Part shown: in pieces, positions 21,575-33,101 of the stretch | How the letters are laid out: every line of letters begins with the position of its first letter | Numbering within the stretch: position 1 is the first letter of the stretch | Assembly (NCBI RefSeq): GCF_001194135.2 | Contig: NC_068984.1 | Location: 103,194,380 to 103,229,761, forward strand | DNA from: Octopus bimaculoides | Taxonomy: Eukaryota | Length of the DNA stretch: 35,382 bases | Direction: 5' to 3' | Notes under the pieces: generated by a model | Told to the model about the DNA's origin: nothing | What the model saw: only the letters and a program-made list of their open reading frames with translations | The model's database searches: none | Position numbers and translations under genes: made by a program

Positions 21575-21720
21575 TATATGCATACATACATACATAAATA
21601 CATACATACATACATACATACATGCATGCATGCATGCATACATACATACATACATACATACATACATACATACATACATACATGCACACACACATATGCA
21701 TGACTGCATATATATATATA
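21575..21720. repeat. (CATA)n/(CATG)n microsatellite running into (AT)n and a gap
   Basis: Read directly. Confidence 0.95.
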
Positions 21721-22741
21721 NNNNNNNNNNNNNNNNNNNNNNNNNNNNNNNNNNNNNNNNNNNNNNNNNNNNNNNNNNNNNNNNNNNNNNNNATATATTT
21801 ATATATATATATGCATTCATGTGTGTGTGCGTGTGTGTTAGTAGACAACTCGCACCCTAACATATAATATCTATCACATTTTCATAGCAAAACTGGATTA
21901 CAATCGAGAATCTTCCAAATGATTAAATCTAAATGTGAAATACTCCAAAAATTATAGCAAACTATTTCTTATATCAATTTAGAGTGCCTATCAAATAAAT
22001 AGCTATTTTCCGAAAACTCCATATTAAGTATACAATTTTCAACTGATTGAAACACATCCTACATTTTAAGAAGGGTGACATAGATATATAAAGCTGCAAT
22101 AATAAGCTTTTATGGCTATTGTTTCTAAAGACTGAATTATCAAGAAGAAAGCTCTGATTTCTCACTGCTCAATATCAAAGGAATTTATAGCAGATGTTCC
22201 GATGCTCGACTAAATAAGTATCTCTCTGTGTTGATTTAACTGTTTAACTGACTGATCTTTTACCCAAGAAGGTGGGACACTGTACCTTCAGTGGAACGCA
22301 TTAGTGTCTAATTTTGTGTTTTGATCACTTGGAAAGACAGGTAAGTTATAAGGCAAAAGTATTCGGGTTTTTTATGAGTTCGATTCGACAGGAAAAGCTC
22401 TGTGGTTTAACTGCAGGGCCTATTGGCACCACAAGCCTGAATGCACAAATGGCAATTAACCTATCCACACACACGTACACTATCTCAGCCCTTTGTGTGT
22501 GTGTGTATCTATGAATGCATGTATGTATGTACGTTTATGTGTATGAATATATATGAGTGTGTATGTGTGTACAATGCATAACATAAGAGAAGTGAAACAA
22601 GAGATGTTTATTGCAATTTATTGATAGCTGTTTCATAATATGTGTCCAGTTACATCAGTAACGCTAAAACTCGGAGAGCTTATGTGAATCCTATTTAATC
22701 TTTGAATCTTTATTCCTGTTGTTTTATATGTAAGTATATAT

Positions 22742-22798
<57 letters not shown>

Positions 22799-23703
22799 NN
22801 NNNNNNNNNNNNNNNNNNNNNNNNNNNNNNNNNNNNNNNNNNNNNNNNNNNNNNNNNNNNNNNNNNNNNNNNNNNNNNNNNNNNNNNNNNNNNNNNNNNN
22901 NNNNNNNNNNNNNNNNNNNNNNNNNNNNNNNNNNNNNNNNNNNNNNNNNNNNNNNNNNNNNNNNNNNNNNNNNNNNNNNNNNNNNNNNNNNNNNNNNNNN
23001 NNNNNNNNNNNNNNNNNNNNNNNNNNNNNNNNNNNNNNNNNNNNNNNNNNNNNNNNNNNNNNNNNNNNNNNNNNNNNNNNNNNNNNNNNNNNNNNNNNNN
23101 NNNNNNNNNNNNNNNNNNNNNNNNNNNNNNNNNNNNNNNNNNNNNNNNNNNNNNNNNNNNNNNNNNNNNNNNNNNNNNNNNNNNNNNNNNNNNNNNNNNN
23201 NNNNNNNNNNNNNNNNNNNNNNNNNNNNNNNNNNNNNNNNNNNNNNNNNNNNNNNNNNNNNNNNNNNNNNNNNNNNNNNNNNNNNNNNNNNNNNNNNNNN
23301 NNNNNNNNNNNNNNNNNNNNNNNNNNNNNNNNNNNNNNNNNNNNNNNNNNNNNNNNNNNNNNNNNNNNNNNNNNNNNNNNNNNNNNNNNNNNNNNNNNNN
23401 NNNNNNNNNNNNNNNNNNNNNNNNNNNNNNNNNNNNNNNNNNNNNNNNNNNNNNNNNNNNNNNNNNNNNNNNNNNNNNNNNNNNNNNNNNNNNNNNNNNN
23501 NNNNNNNNNNNNNNNNNNNNNNNNNNNNNNNNNNNNNNNNNNNNNNNNNNNNNNNNNNNNNNNNNNNNNNNNNNNNNNNNNNNNNNNNNNNNNNNNNNNN
23601 NNNNNNNNNNNNNNNNNNNNNNNNNNNNNNNNNNNNNNNNNNNNNNNNNNNNNNNNNNNNNNNNNNNNNNNNNNNNNNNNNNNNNNNNNNNNNNNNNNNN
23701 NNN
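22799..23703. other. Largest assembly gap; others at 1114-1321, 7565-8107, 17169-17222, 21721-21792, 24792-24806, 25293-25504, 29541-30051
   Basis: N runs; all but the first abut (AT)n on at least one side. Confidence 0.99.
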
Positions 23704-23932
23704 CAAGCGAGGCGGGGGAGGGACAAACACATACATACAAATAAATATATATACAAATACATATACATATATACGACGGGCTTCTTTCAGTTTCCGTCTA
23801 CGAAATCCACTCACAAGGCTTTGGTCGGTCCAAGGCTATAGTAGAAGACACTTGCCCAATGTGCCACGCAGTAGGATTGAAGCCGGAACCATGTGTTTGG
23901 AAAGCAAGCTTCTTACCACACAGCCACGCCTG
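23704..23932 (-). mobile_element. SINE family A, 5' half plus microsatellite, 3' part in the gap
   Basis: Reverse complement caggcgtggctgtgtggtaagaagcttgctttcc...gaaactgaaagaagcccgtcg matches the 21013 copy. Confidence 0.92.
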
Positions 23933-24009
23933 ATTCAGTGAAATCCAGAATTAGGTCGGCTTATTGTGAAAATCAAATATTGATCGCTTCGCTAAAATCT
24001 GCAGATGGT

Positions 24010-24480
24010 ATGGGTTATTTCTCTTGGGTTGTTTAAATAAAATATTAAGAATATGTCGTAGATAGAAGGATCCATTAGAAGGGCCCTATTATCAATTTTT
24101 TCAACGATCTAAGTATATCATGAGGTTTCCAGACATGAATTCCACTCACGTGTCAAATAAAGTATAGAAGTGATATTGACTGCAAAAATTAAAAATAGGA
24201 CACACAAAAAATCAATATTCAAAGTAATCGAACATAAACAATGAAATGGGTTATTTCTCTTGAGTATTTAAAATATTGTACAGGTGCTATAGGTTATTTC
24301 CCTTGGGTGTTTAAAAAAATTGGATATATGAGGTAGATATAAAGGTTCCTTCCAGGAGCCGTATTATCGACTTTTTCAACAATCACGAGGTTTCCAGACA
24401 TGAGTTCTACTCACGTGTCAAGTTTCATCAAAATCAATAAAACGATATAGGAGGAGTTAGCTAACAAAGCCACAAACAGA
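24010..24480. mobile_element. Helitron-like non-autonomous module with internal diverged direct duplication
   Basis: gaggtttccagacatga..actcacgtgtcaa occurs at 24122 and 24387 (265 bp apart); ggttattt(c/t)cttg occurs three times. Ends in aagtttcatcaaaatc...gttagctaacaaagccacaaacagacaaacacac before (AT)n. Termini not identified. Confidence 0.45.
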
Positions 24481-24483
24481 CAA

Positions 24484-24559
<76 letters not shown>

Positions 24560-24860
24560 CACACACATCAATACGTATATGCAAATTAAAAATAATAAAT
24601 CCTTGACGATCTGTCAACTTGGAGATTGGGCGACTTGATCACTCACACGCATACTCATGCACAGACATGCACACGCAGACACACACATACACATGCACAT
24701 GCGTATGCTTGTGCCTCTGTGTGTATGTGTGGATATATCACTGATATATTGAAAACATCATAGGAATAAATCATCTCACTCTCACTATATANNNNNNNNN
24801 NNNNNNATATATATATATATATATATATATACATATCTCAAAAGAGATCTAAGGAAGAAT

Positions 24861-25255
24861 ATTACGACCAAGAAGGTAAATGACAATGACCTTTTTGTGA
24901 GCACAGTTTGTGACTGACCATGCCTGACTTTTGCTGGCTTCAAATCTCATTTGCGAACCCATGGAAAACGAACCTCCACCCACCAACTATTCTGCCTATA
25001 TGCCTGTGCACCCCTTTGAATGCAGTGTATGCCAGAAAGTTTGAAAATCTAACGAAGGCCTCAAAAGACATTTTAAGATCCACAAAGATCAGAAGTTATC
25101 GGCAGCTCTTGGTGGTCCAAATCGGATGTGCAATGTATGTGGGTGTCTTTTCAGAACATTGTCTGGTTTAAAAAGCCACATCCAATGCCATGTTGGTGCT
25201 AATGTGTAGGTACAGGAGGTGGTCAAACTCTGCATAAGGAGTAGACAACCACCAT
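24861..25255 (+). mobile_element. Three decayed C2H2 zinc fingers plus short 3'UTR; probable RTE LINE 3' end
   Basis: FVSTVCD*PCLTFAGFKSHLRTH (24894-24962), then in another frame PFECSVCQKV*KSNEGLKRHFKIH and CNVCGCLFRTLSGLKSHIQCH, with stop TAG 25207-25209. No TGEKP linkers; flanked by microsatellites. Confidence 0.75.
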
Positions 25256-27932
25256 ATGCGTACATACACACACACACACGCACATATATATANNNNNNNN
25301 NNNNNNNNNNNNNNNNNNNNNNNNNNNNNNNNNNNNNNNNNNNNNNNNNNNNNNNNNNNNNNNNNNNNNNNNNNNNNNNNNNNNNNNNNNNNNNNNNNNN
25401 NNNNNNNNNNNNNNNNNNNNNNNNNNNNNNNNNNNNNNNNNNNNNNNNNNNNNNNNNNNNNNNNNNNNNNNNNNNNNNNNNNNNNNNNNNNNNNNNNNNN
25501 NNNNTATATATATATATATATACATATATATATACATATACATACATATATACATATATTTATATTGTTTGTATATTTGTTCTACTATATTTGTTGACAT
25601 ACACACTTCTTTTATCATTATTGTCACCTCTCTCTCTCTCTCTCTTTCTCTCTTCTTGTCTCTCTCTCTCTCTCTCTTTCTCTCTTCTTGTCTCTCACTC
25701 ACTCCCACGCGCTCGGGCATAAACACGCGCGCGCAGTCTTCGCTTCAGATTCATTTTTCTATCAACCTTTTTATACTTTTTTTTGCGTTTCTAATCCCAT
25801 GCACACAAATTGTCTTTGTTATATCTATTATATTTTACTCACTTACAATTAGTTACGTGAACAGCGACAACATTCGAAAGACTGAATATTCTGAAACAAC
25901 TAATTTTATTGTTATATTGAATATAAATTAATTTTATTGAAATTTTGGTTTAAAACTCCTCTGCTAAAAAATCATAGCAGAGCAGAGGAAGGTAAAAGGA
26001 AATGACGTCAATGTGTCAGGTGAATTTAAGGAATAAAGAAACACTCTCAAGACAGCCTTCATGAATTTTTGAAAGAAAAGAAATATAAAAGTCAATATAA
26101 CCCTCGGGCAGTAGAGATTACATTTCCCCAACGCAGAACATCCCCACTTTTCTCAAATTATATTGGTTTATTAAGCAGGTAATTCATTTCATAAATTGTT
26201 AATTTGTATTTCTAATGAGAATTACTATTTTAGTTCATCAATTAACCCTTTCACCCCTGAATTACTTCTTTATACGGAAAAATTGTTTTTCCTTGTTTAC
26301 AATTGCTCGTGCAATGAATTGATAACAAAATAATATAATCGCACGAAAAATAAACTCGTAATAATCAGAATTTTGCAAAACAGATTACCATTTTCAGAGT
26401 AACCTGTAGATGTTTTCTTGTGCCATATCAAACCACAACTGAATGCGAAAATATGACTACTCACAAATCTTCATTACAGATGGTTCTGTTCAAGTCTCTA
26501 AATATGTCGCCCTCGTCAAAAATCAAATAGATATTATGACAGTCAGTTGTTTCACACACACGCGCGCGCACACATGCACACGCACACACACACACTCGTA
26601 CACACACACACTCACACACAGTATTATCACCTCAAACTGTGTTCTATATACACTCCAACATCAGTTAAGTATATACATATATGTATGAACGAATCAAAAT
26701 TGTCAAATTGTAGGGTTGATATAATTGACCACAATTTCGAATGACTTCTGAAAGAATGTCTTATTTAAAAATCTGTTTAATAGGATTATTAAACAATTTC
26801 AGCTACTTTCCAATGACACCTAGCAACAAAGGCTGCTCAGTTTTTTTTCAGCCAAATGTCGTAATTTCTACTGGTTCCTTTTCATCATCTGCTTAAACAA
26901 ATTGTACTGTTCAACTGTAAGTACAACCAGAAATTACAAATAAATAATCTCAACTCCGTTGATTCAATGAGCATAAGCACATTCAACAAACGAAATTACC
27001 TTTAGTGTAACTTCTGTTATCCAATCGATCAATTAATGTATTTTAAATTTCCAAGTAGACAATTAGAAACTCTCTTTCCAATCGATTTGGTTGAAAGCTT
27101 CTTATTTCGTTCATTATGAACAAATCTGCGATCGTGCATATTGTTTGTTTTTAGCGGAGGAGGGGGGGCTGTCTGCACAAAATACAATGAAAACTCAAAA
27201 CGGGTAAAATTTTTTTTAAGGATTTTGTTATTGGAAAAAATCTTGTCTGTACTTTGAGGAAAATCCATTTTGTAAATGCCATCTCGCTGTTATTGAAACG
27301 GAATAGCTAAATCCTAAATTCAATAACGTTAGAGAATTGCTGGATAAAGCAGAAAGAAAATATATGCAAACAAATCGCAAATGCATAGTAAAAATTATTG
27401 AGTTATTGCGCTTCTCTTTCCATAAATTTGTAAATCTTAGTATGATTGAGATGGAAAGATAATTCCGTTCTTCTGGAGTCTCTCAACTGAGCTGGTACAT
27501 ATAGAAAGCTAAGCCCCGATATATTAAACGAGTTCTATTCGATAATGCCTGACTTTGTTGTAAGAACTTATGGGAATCAGATATAGACCTTTGTTTCTGT
27601 TATTTCAAACGACAAATATACCAATACATTTATCAAAGAGCAACTCATGTTATTTATCCGTTGAGTCGACAAATGTTTGGTAATCAATGAAGAATTTCAC
27701 AGTTTTTATTGCTTACCAGACCTAAAATCGCCAACAATTGTTGTGGCTGTACTCACAAGAGTGCGACTACATTTCTGAAACTGTAGAAGAGTATGCTTTC
27801 ACTATGGAGAAAAACCTGTCTGAAATAGCATTTTAAAAAATATGGAATGGCCGAACGTTTGGAAATATTTCAGTCGATGGATTTAGAAAAGTATTCTTGT
27901 CAAGTCTGAGTATGAAGGAAACCACGATGTAA

Positions 27933-28083
27933 TGGCAGACACGTAATATCATAGATTTCTAAAAATGTTCTGCTTGTCTGATGATTCCTTCCACATTTGC
28001 TCCAGTTGAACGAATATTATCACGGGCAGAACTATTAAAGACTTGTTTTCGATCAAGAATAACAGACATAACACAAAGAACAT
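27933..28083 (+). mobile_element. hAT transposase C-terminal dimerisation-motif relic
   Basis: In one frame: WQTRNIIDF*KCSACLMIPSTFAPVERILSRAELLKTCFRSRITD, resembling hAT W...LxIPASSAxxERxFS...KTxxRSR. Confidence 0.6.
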
Positions 28084-28266
28084 AAAGAAATGATAAATCT
28101 GACAATACTTTCTACAGTATTTGCTCCCCAAAATGAAAATAGTTAGAAAGCATAAACAATTTCGATAAATTTTGTTTGGTTTTGATTGTAAATTGAGTTG
28201 AAAGAATATTATAATCACGACTGTTTCTTTTTCTTTCTTTTTCATTCCCTGAATGTCATTTAATTA

Positions 28267-28580
28267 TATTTTACTATACAGACGTTACAAATATTCGTAA
28301 CATATTTTACTATATACACACCTAACAATCTTTTGGAACGTATTATATACACGTTACAATCATTAGTAAAGTATTTTACTATAGACACGTTACAAACTTT
28401 GCTAACGTATTTTATTATGCACTCGCTACAAGCATAAGTACACGCTACGAACATATTTTACTGGACACATTTTACTCCAAATATGTTTTACTTCACATAT
28501 ATTACAAACTTTCATAACTAATTATACTATACAAATGTTACAAACTCTTGTGCTGTATTTTACTATACGCACGTTACGAC
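28267..28580. repeat. Degenerate 36-bp minisatellite (about 8 units)
   Basis: tattttacta recurs at 28267, 28303, 28372 and 28408 (tattttatta variant); consensus approximately tattttactatacacacgttacaaactttcgtaacg. Confidence 0.8.
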
Positions 28581-28785
28581 TCTTTCCAAACCACCCAGTT
28601 GCGGAATATCACATGCGAAGAACACATAGAAATCATGCATTTTTCGTGCCTATAATTACGTTCGATTCATCTTTTAATATTGATTTAAAGGCACGGGTGA
28701 TTGCAAATGTTTGACCATCTCCACTGCAAATTAACATCAAGTTTTATTACGCGCCCCACGCCTACATAAAAATAATTTTACGCTA

Positions 28786-28787
<2 letters not shown>

Positions 28788-28860
<73 letters not shown>

Positions 28861-28946
28861 ATGCGTGCGTGTGTGTGCGCGAGCGTGCGTGCGTGCGTGC
28901 TTGCGTGCTTGTGTGCTTGCAGCTTGCGTGTGTGTGTGCGTGTGTG
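28788..28946. repeat. (GT)n/(GCGT)n microsatellite
   Basis: Read directly. Confidence 0.97.
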
Positions 28947-29039
28947 ATAAAGGACACTTTGTCAAATTACATTCGTTGTGTATCTGCCACTCAACTCCGA
29001 ATCAGTTGGATTCGTGTTATAGTGGTTGATATTCTTCCT

Positions 29040-29210
29040 GTTTAACCATAGGGTCAGCCTGAGCGAGTAGACCTATGATGGTCATTTTAAGCATGACCAT
29101 TTCATCAATGTTTTCAGACAGTATATTTCGGATCACATCATACAATGTTCTTCCCTTATTAAGAGGGTATGGCTGCTATTTCTATGGAATCGTTCGAGCT
29201 CGTAAAGGCT
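29040..29210. repeat. Unclassified dispersed repeat related to 19327-19510
   Basis: Loose inverted similarity to 19327-19510. Confidence 0.35.
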
Positions 29211-30066
29211 CACATATTGGCTCACATCGAAGGATGAAACCGACTCGACATTAAAATGCAACGAGTTAGTAAAAAAGCTTTGACATGTTATAGATCTTTT
29301 ATAAACGTGTGTGCACAGCTGATGAAATTCGTTGGATCAAAACTGCTAACACGGCAGCTATATATAATTTTTTTTAATGCATATTTTATAATTTGATTAA
29401 GATGACATATCTGAACTTTTAATTCTTGTAATACTAACCGAAAGGAAGAATACTATTATTGTGGCTACTGTGGCTATTGTATTCATACTATCCGTGTGTG
29501 TATACTCATGTAGAAGGAACAATTATTCTTTATATATATANNNNNNNNNNNNNNNNNNNNNNNNNNNNNNNNNNNNNNNNNNNNNNNNNNNNNNNNNNNN
29601 NNNNNNNNNNNNNNNNNNNNNNNNNNNNNNNNNNNNNNNNNNNNNNNNNNNNNNNNNNNNNNNNNNNNNNNNNNNNNNNNNNNNNNNNNNNNNNNNNNNN
29701 NNNNNNNNNNNNNNNNNNNNNNNNNNNNNNNNNNNNNNNNNNNNNNNNNNNNNNNNNNNNNNNNNNNNNNNNNNNNNNNNNNNNNNNNNNNNNNNNNNNN
29801 NNNNNNNNNNNNNNNNNNNNNNNNNNNNNNNNNNNNNNNNNNNNNNNNNNNNNNNNNNNNNNNNNNNNNNNNNNNNNNNNNNNNNNNNNNNNNNNNNNNN
29901 NNNNNNNNNNNNNNNNNNNNNNNNNNNNNNNNNNNNNNNNNNNNNNNNNNNNNNNNNNNNNNNNNNNNNNNNNNNNNNNNNNNNNNNNNNNNNNNNNNNN
30001 NNNNNNNNNNNNNNNNNNNNNNNNNNNNNNNNNNNNNNNNNNNNNNNNNNNTAGCACCTGACATAC

Positions 30067-30142
30067 CTTCCGACAGAGAAATCGGATCACTGCTCTTTGT
30101 TATTCTTTGGTGCACATTGCTAGTGGAATGAGCATGATTACA
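30067..30142 (-). CDS. Candidate isolated 76-nt exon (CNHAHSTSNVHQRITKSSDPISLSE)
   Basis: On the minus strand: catcattttcttcctggctttacAG| ... cggaag|GTATGT. One open frame. No homology recognised. Confidence 0.25.
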
Positions 30143-30270
30143 CTGTAAAGCCAGGAAGAAAATGATGCGATCAGGCTCAAACTTCGATCACGTAACCACA
30201 ATGATACCAACTATAACCACATATGCGCAGAAGTCAGTGTGACAATAATGAAGATATGATATATGTACAC

Positions 30271-30313
<43 letters not shown>

Positions 30314-30333
30314 TGTGTGTGTGTGTGCGTGTG

Positions 30334-30372
<39 letters not shown>

Positions 30373-30472
30373 TGAAATTATTCGGTTTCGAACGTAGAAC
30401 TCGAAGTAGATAAAGTTATAAATAATATGTAAATATTGGGTTAATAAAATCCTTAGGGTAAAAAAATGAGAA

Positions 30473-30537
30473 GGCTGCCATGGGACTCAAATGCGTATCT
30501 TCTGAAAACGTGTCAGACGTTCTACCATTAGATAAAT
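30473..30537 (-). pseudogene. tRNA-like relic (pseudo-tRNA or SINE head)
   Basis: Reverse complement tctaatggtagaacg (A box/D arm), tctga-cacgttt-tcaga (5-bp stem, 7-nt loop), gcatttgagtccc (degenerate T loop/B box). No intact acceptor stem. Confidence 0.4.
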
Positions 30538-30633
30538 TAATCCTTCGAAATTTTCTATTTTAGAAGCTTTGTTCTTACCAGCGATAACTTTATGTTCTGA
30601 ATGTCATAAAATATTAGAGACACTAAGAGATAG

Positions 30634-30825
30634 CCGCGGCCATGGCTGTGTGGTAAAACACTCGCTTCCCACCCAGATAGTTCCTGGTTCAGTCTCACTG
30701 GATGGCCCCCACGGGTAAGTGCTTTCTTCTGTAACCTCGGTCCGACCAAATCCTTGTGAGTGGGTTTGGTAGACGGAAACTGAAAGAAGATTTTCATATG
30801 TATATATATATCAATGTGTGTGCGC
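30634..30825 (+). mobile_element. SINE family A, 5' half, 3' part lost after the microsatellite
   Basis: catggctgtgtggtaaaacactcgcttcc...gggtttggtagacggaaactgaaagaag matches the other copies. Confidence 0.85.
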
Positions 30826-31729
30826 TTTTTTTTTTGGTGGGGGGTGCAGTCCATACAAAGCAAAGTATTACTAAAGCAAACATGACAATAAACGCATAAC
30901 AAAAACAAATAGTACCACGGAATAAACAAAAAGGAAATAATGAACAATTTAAGGAACAATTAGTTTGAGATAATCTATATAGGAGTTGTGATAAAGCTAA
31001 TCTGGCATAATTTTGTGAAACCAGACAGGGTCTGTGGCAGGATCTACTCCAACAGAGAGCAACGAAAAAATAATATATCTGTGTCTTAAAAACGGTGGAA
31101 GCTGTAATTAATTATTGTCAAAGCGGCAATTAGAACAGATACTACAAAAAATATCGGGAGAAATACTCTTAGTGGAGACGGAGAAGATTTATGATACTGT
31201 CTGCTGTACTTTCAAAGACGAAGACTCAGCTAAAAACAGACTGTTATGCTGCTCATTGAGAATTTGTTCATTACTCTCAACTCTGGTCTTTCTTTCACAT
31301 GGTGCTACCATATTCGTGTTGACCTATTTTCAGTTTCGCTCTTCACCATTTCTCTGCTGTCCATCCTAAGTCCACGGTCAGCTAGATAGGACATAATGGA
31401 TGTATAATGTCACACTACCCTCGCCGTCTAATATTACAAGGGGACGGTAGCAGATTGCGCCATAACCTTCCTGGTGTAATCACAACCTACTCGGTCCCGT
31501 TTTTCACAACCTTTTCCATCATTACTCCATTTGTCCTGTGATTTCTCATTCTGCCCTTGCAGACTGACTTCCTAACGTTATTGTTTCAATCATATGATTC
31601 TATTATTCTATATGATGAATTTCTTTGACCTTCATAACTAACCTAACTATGCTATTCTAGAGATAGATGCCATAGCTCCCTGTTAGTCTCACTTCTGCCT
31701 CAGTATTCTGTTCTGCACATATCACATAT

Positions 31730-32094
31730 TCTATTTACGGGATGGTCTCTAACGCCTAAACAGCATTTTTGCGCTATCAACGACTCTACTCACAAACTGG
31801 AATGCGTCCTGTTATTTTTATGTCTCGAACACACCAGCTCAGACTGTTTGGTCACGTTGTTCGATTTTGAGAGTTAGACCCTGTTTACAGTGTTCTCTGC
31901 GTTGAGGATCTGGCTGGGTGGATGGTTCGTGTTGGTCGACCACATCCCACATGATCACGGCAAATGAGGAGGTATCTCGTGGAGAGGGGGATTGACTGGA
32001 ACTCTGCTCGACGGGTCACTCGGAAGGACCTGGGGATATACCGGCAAATGGTGAATGCTGCAACTTGCGCATGCCCCACACCTGACCTGACCTG
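31730..32094 (+). mobile_element. RTE-clade (Rex3/Expander-like) LINE 3' end with (GACCT)n tail
   Basis: QRLYSQTGMRPV...HQLRLFGHVVRF*ELDPVYSVLCVEDLAGWMVRVGRPHPT*SRQMRRYLVERGIDWNSARRVTRKDLGIYRQMVNAAT, followed by cctgacctgacctg. Confidence 0.8.
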
Positions 32095-32299
32095 GTTTGA
32101 GTCAATTCTCATTTATTCAGTTGAAACATGGCTGCTCTGTAAATGCTTCTATTATGGTTGAGTTTTATGGGAAGTCACAAAAACTTACCTTATATTTTAG
32201 GTTAAATCTAACAATGCCACCTATTTTGAATTGTACGAATTAAGTAAGCATTTCTTTGGAACCATCAACACATCAGCGATTGGTTAACCCAACTGATAT

Positions 32300-32720
32300 T
32301 TGAAACTCTATAGTCATACCTTGGGTGATAATCGAAACACTATTGTTACTACATGAGTAAACTCTATGGATATACAATGGCTGATATCATTAACACCTGA
32401 TTTGTATTCTAAACACTATTGTTATACCTTGAGAGATACTCTAAATTCTATGGATACACTATGGCTGATATTATAAAAAGCTGATTGATATTCTAAACAC
32501 TACAGTTATACCTTGGGTGATACTCTAAATTCTATGGGTACACCATGGTTGATATTAGAAACACCTGATTGATATTCTAAACACCATAGATACACCGTGC
32601 ATGTTACTTTAAACTCTATTGTTTCACTATGGGTAATATTCTAAACACGTGATTGATACTCTAAACACCTGGATGATACACTAAACATTATGGTTTGATA
32701 CTTTAAACACTATAGTTACT
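32300..32720. repeat. Minisatellite with an 84-bp higher-order unit
   Basis: Unit starts ctgat(t) at 32397, 32481 and 32565. The motif tgata(t/c)tctaaacac recurs within each unit at 32/32/20-bp spacing. Confidence 0.8.
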
Positions 32721-32975
32721 TCAAAGATAACGCTATTTCTCGACAGTTTCTGCGCTTTATTGAAGAACAACACGTTTCCAAACAATAATTACTCGTTTTA
32801 AATAATTAAAGAATGAATTTATTGAACCTCGCGCCAATTATATTTTTATTGAATTGGGAGGTGGAATGAAAGACAGTCAATATTTACAGGATTTAAATTC
32901 AGAACATAAAAGGATAAAAGTAAATACCATGAGGCATTTAGTTCGGTCCAGTTGTGTTTCTTTCACTCCAACATC

Positions 32976-33101
32976 TGTTTGTCTTCAAATAATATTTTGT
33001 GATTTAATAATTAGAAAAATATTAATAGGATCATAAACTAGCATTGTTTGTCTTCAAATAATATCTAATGATTTAATAATTAGAAAAAAAAATATCATAA
33101 A
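32976..33101. repeat. 69-bp tandem duplication (about 2 copies)
   Basis: tgtttgtcttcaaataatat...gatttaataattagaaaaa at 32976 and 33045. Confidence 0.85.

Noticed and set aside
22633-23841. Longest ORFs in the track (338-393 aa), and similar ones at 1027-1377, 7451-8276, 25089-25726 and 29459-30115
   Set aside because: They are open only because N runs translate as X; the flanks are microsatellite or SINE sequence.
26003-26010. Perfect CRE palindrome TGACGTCA near a short CpG-rich patch (25700-25740)
   Set aside because: A single 8-mer in 35 kb is near chance, with no TSS or gene evidence.
27715-27820. Minus-strand exon-like segment (FQKCSRTLVSTATTIVGDFRS)
   Set aside because: It probably lies within the decayed hAT transposase on the opposite strand, and the strongest acceptor gives only closed frames.
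28267-28580. CRISPR-like periodic array
   Set aside because: Inter-repeat segments are homologous to each other, there are no cas genes, and the context is eukaryotic.
28783-29045. Cys/Val- or His/Thr-rich ORFs here and at 31-388, 3334-3688, 14946-15228, 21461-21867 and 33786-34223
   Set aside because: Translations of (GT)n, (CA)n, (CATA)n, (CT)n and (CTT)n repeats.
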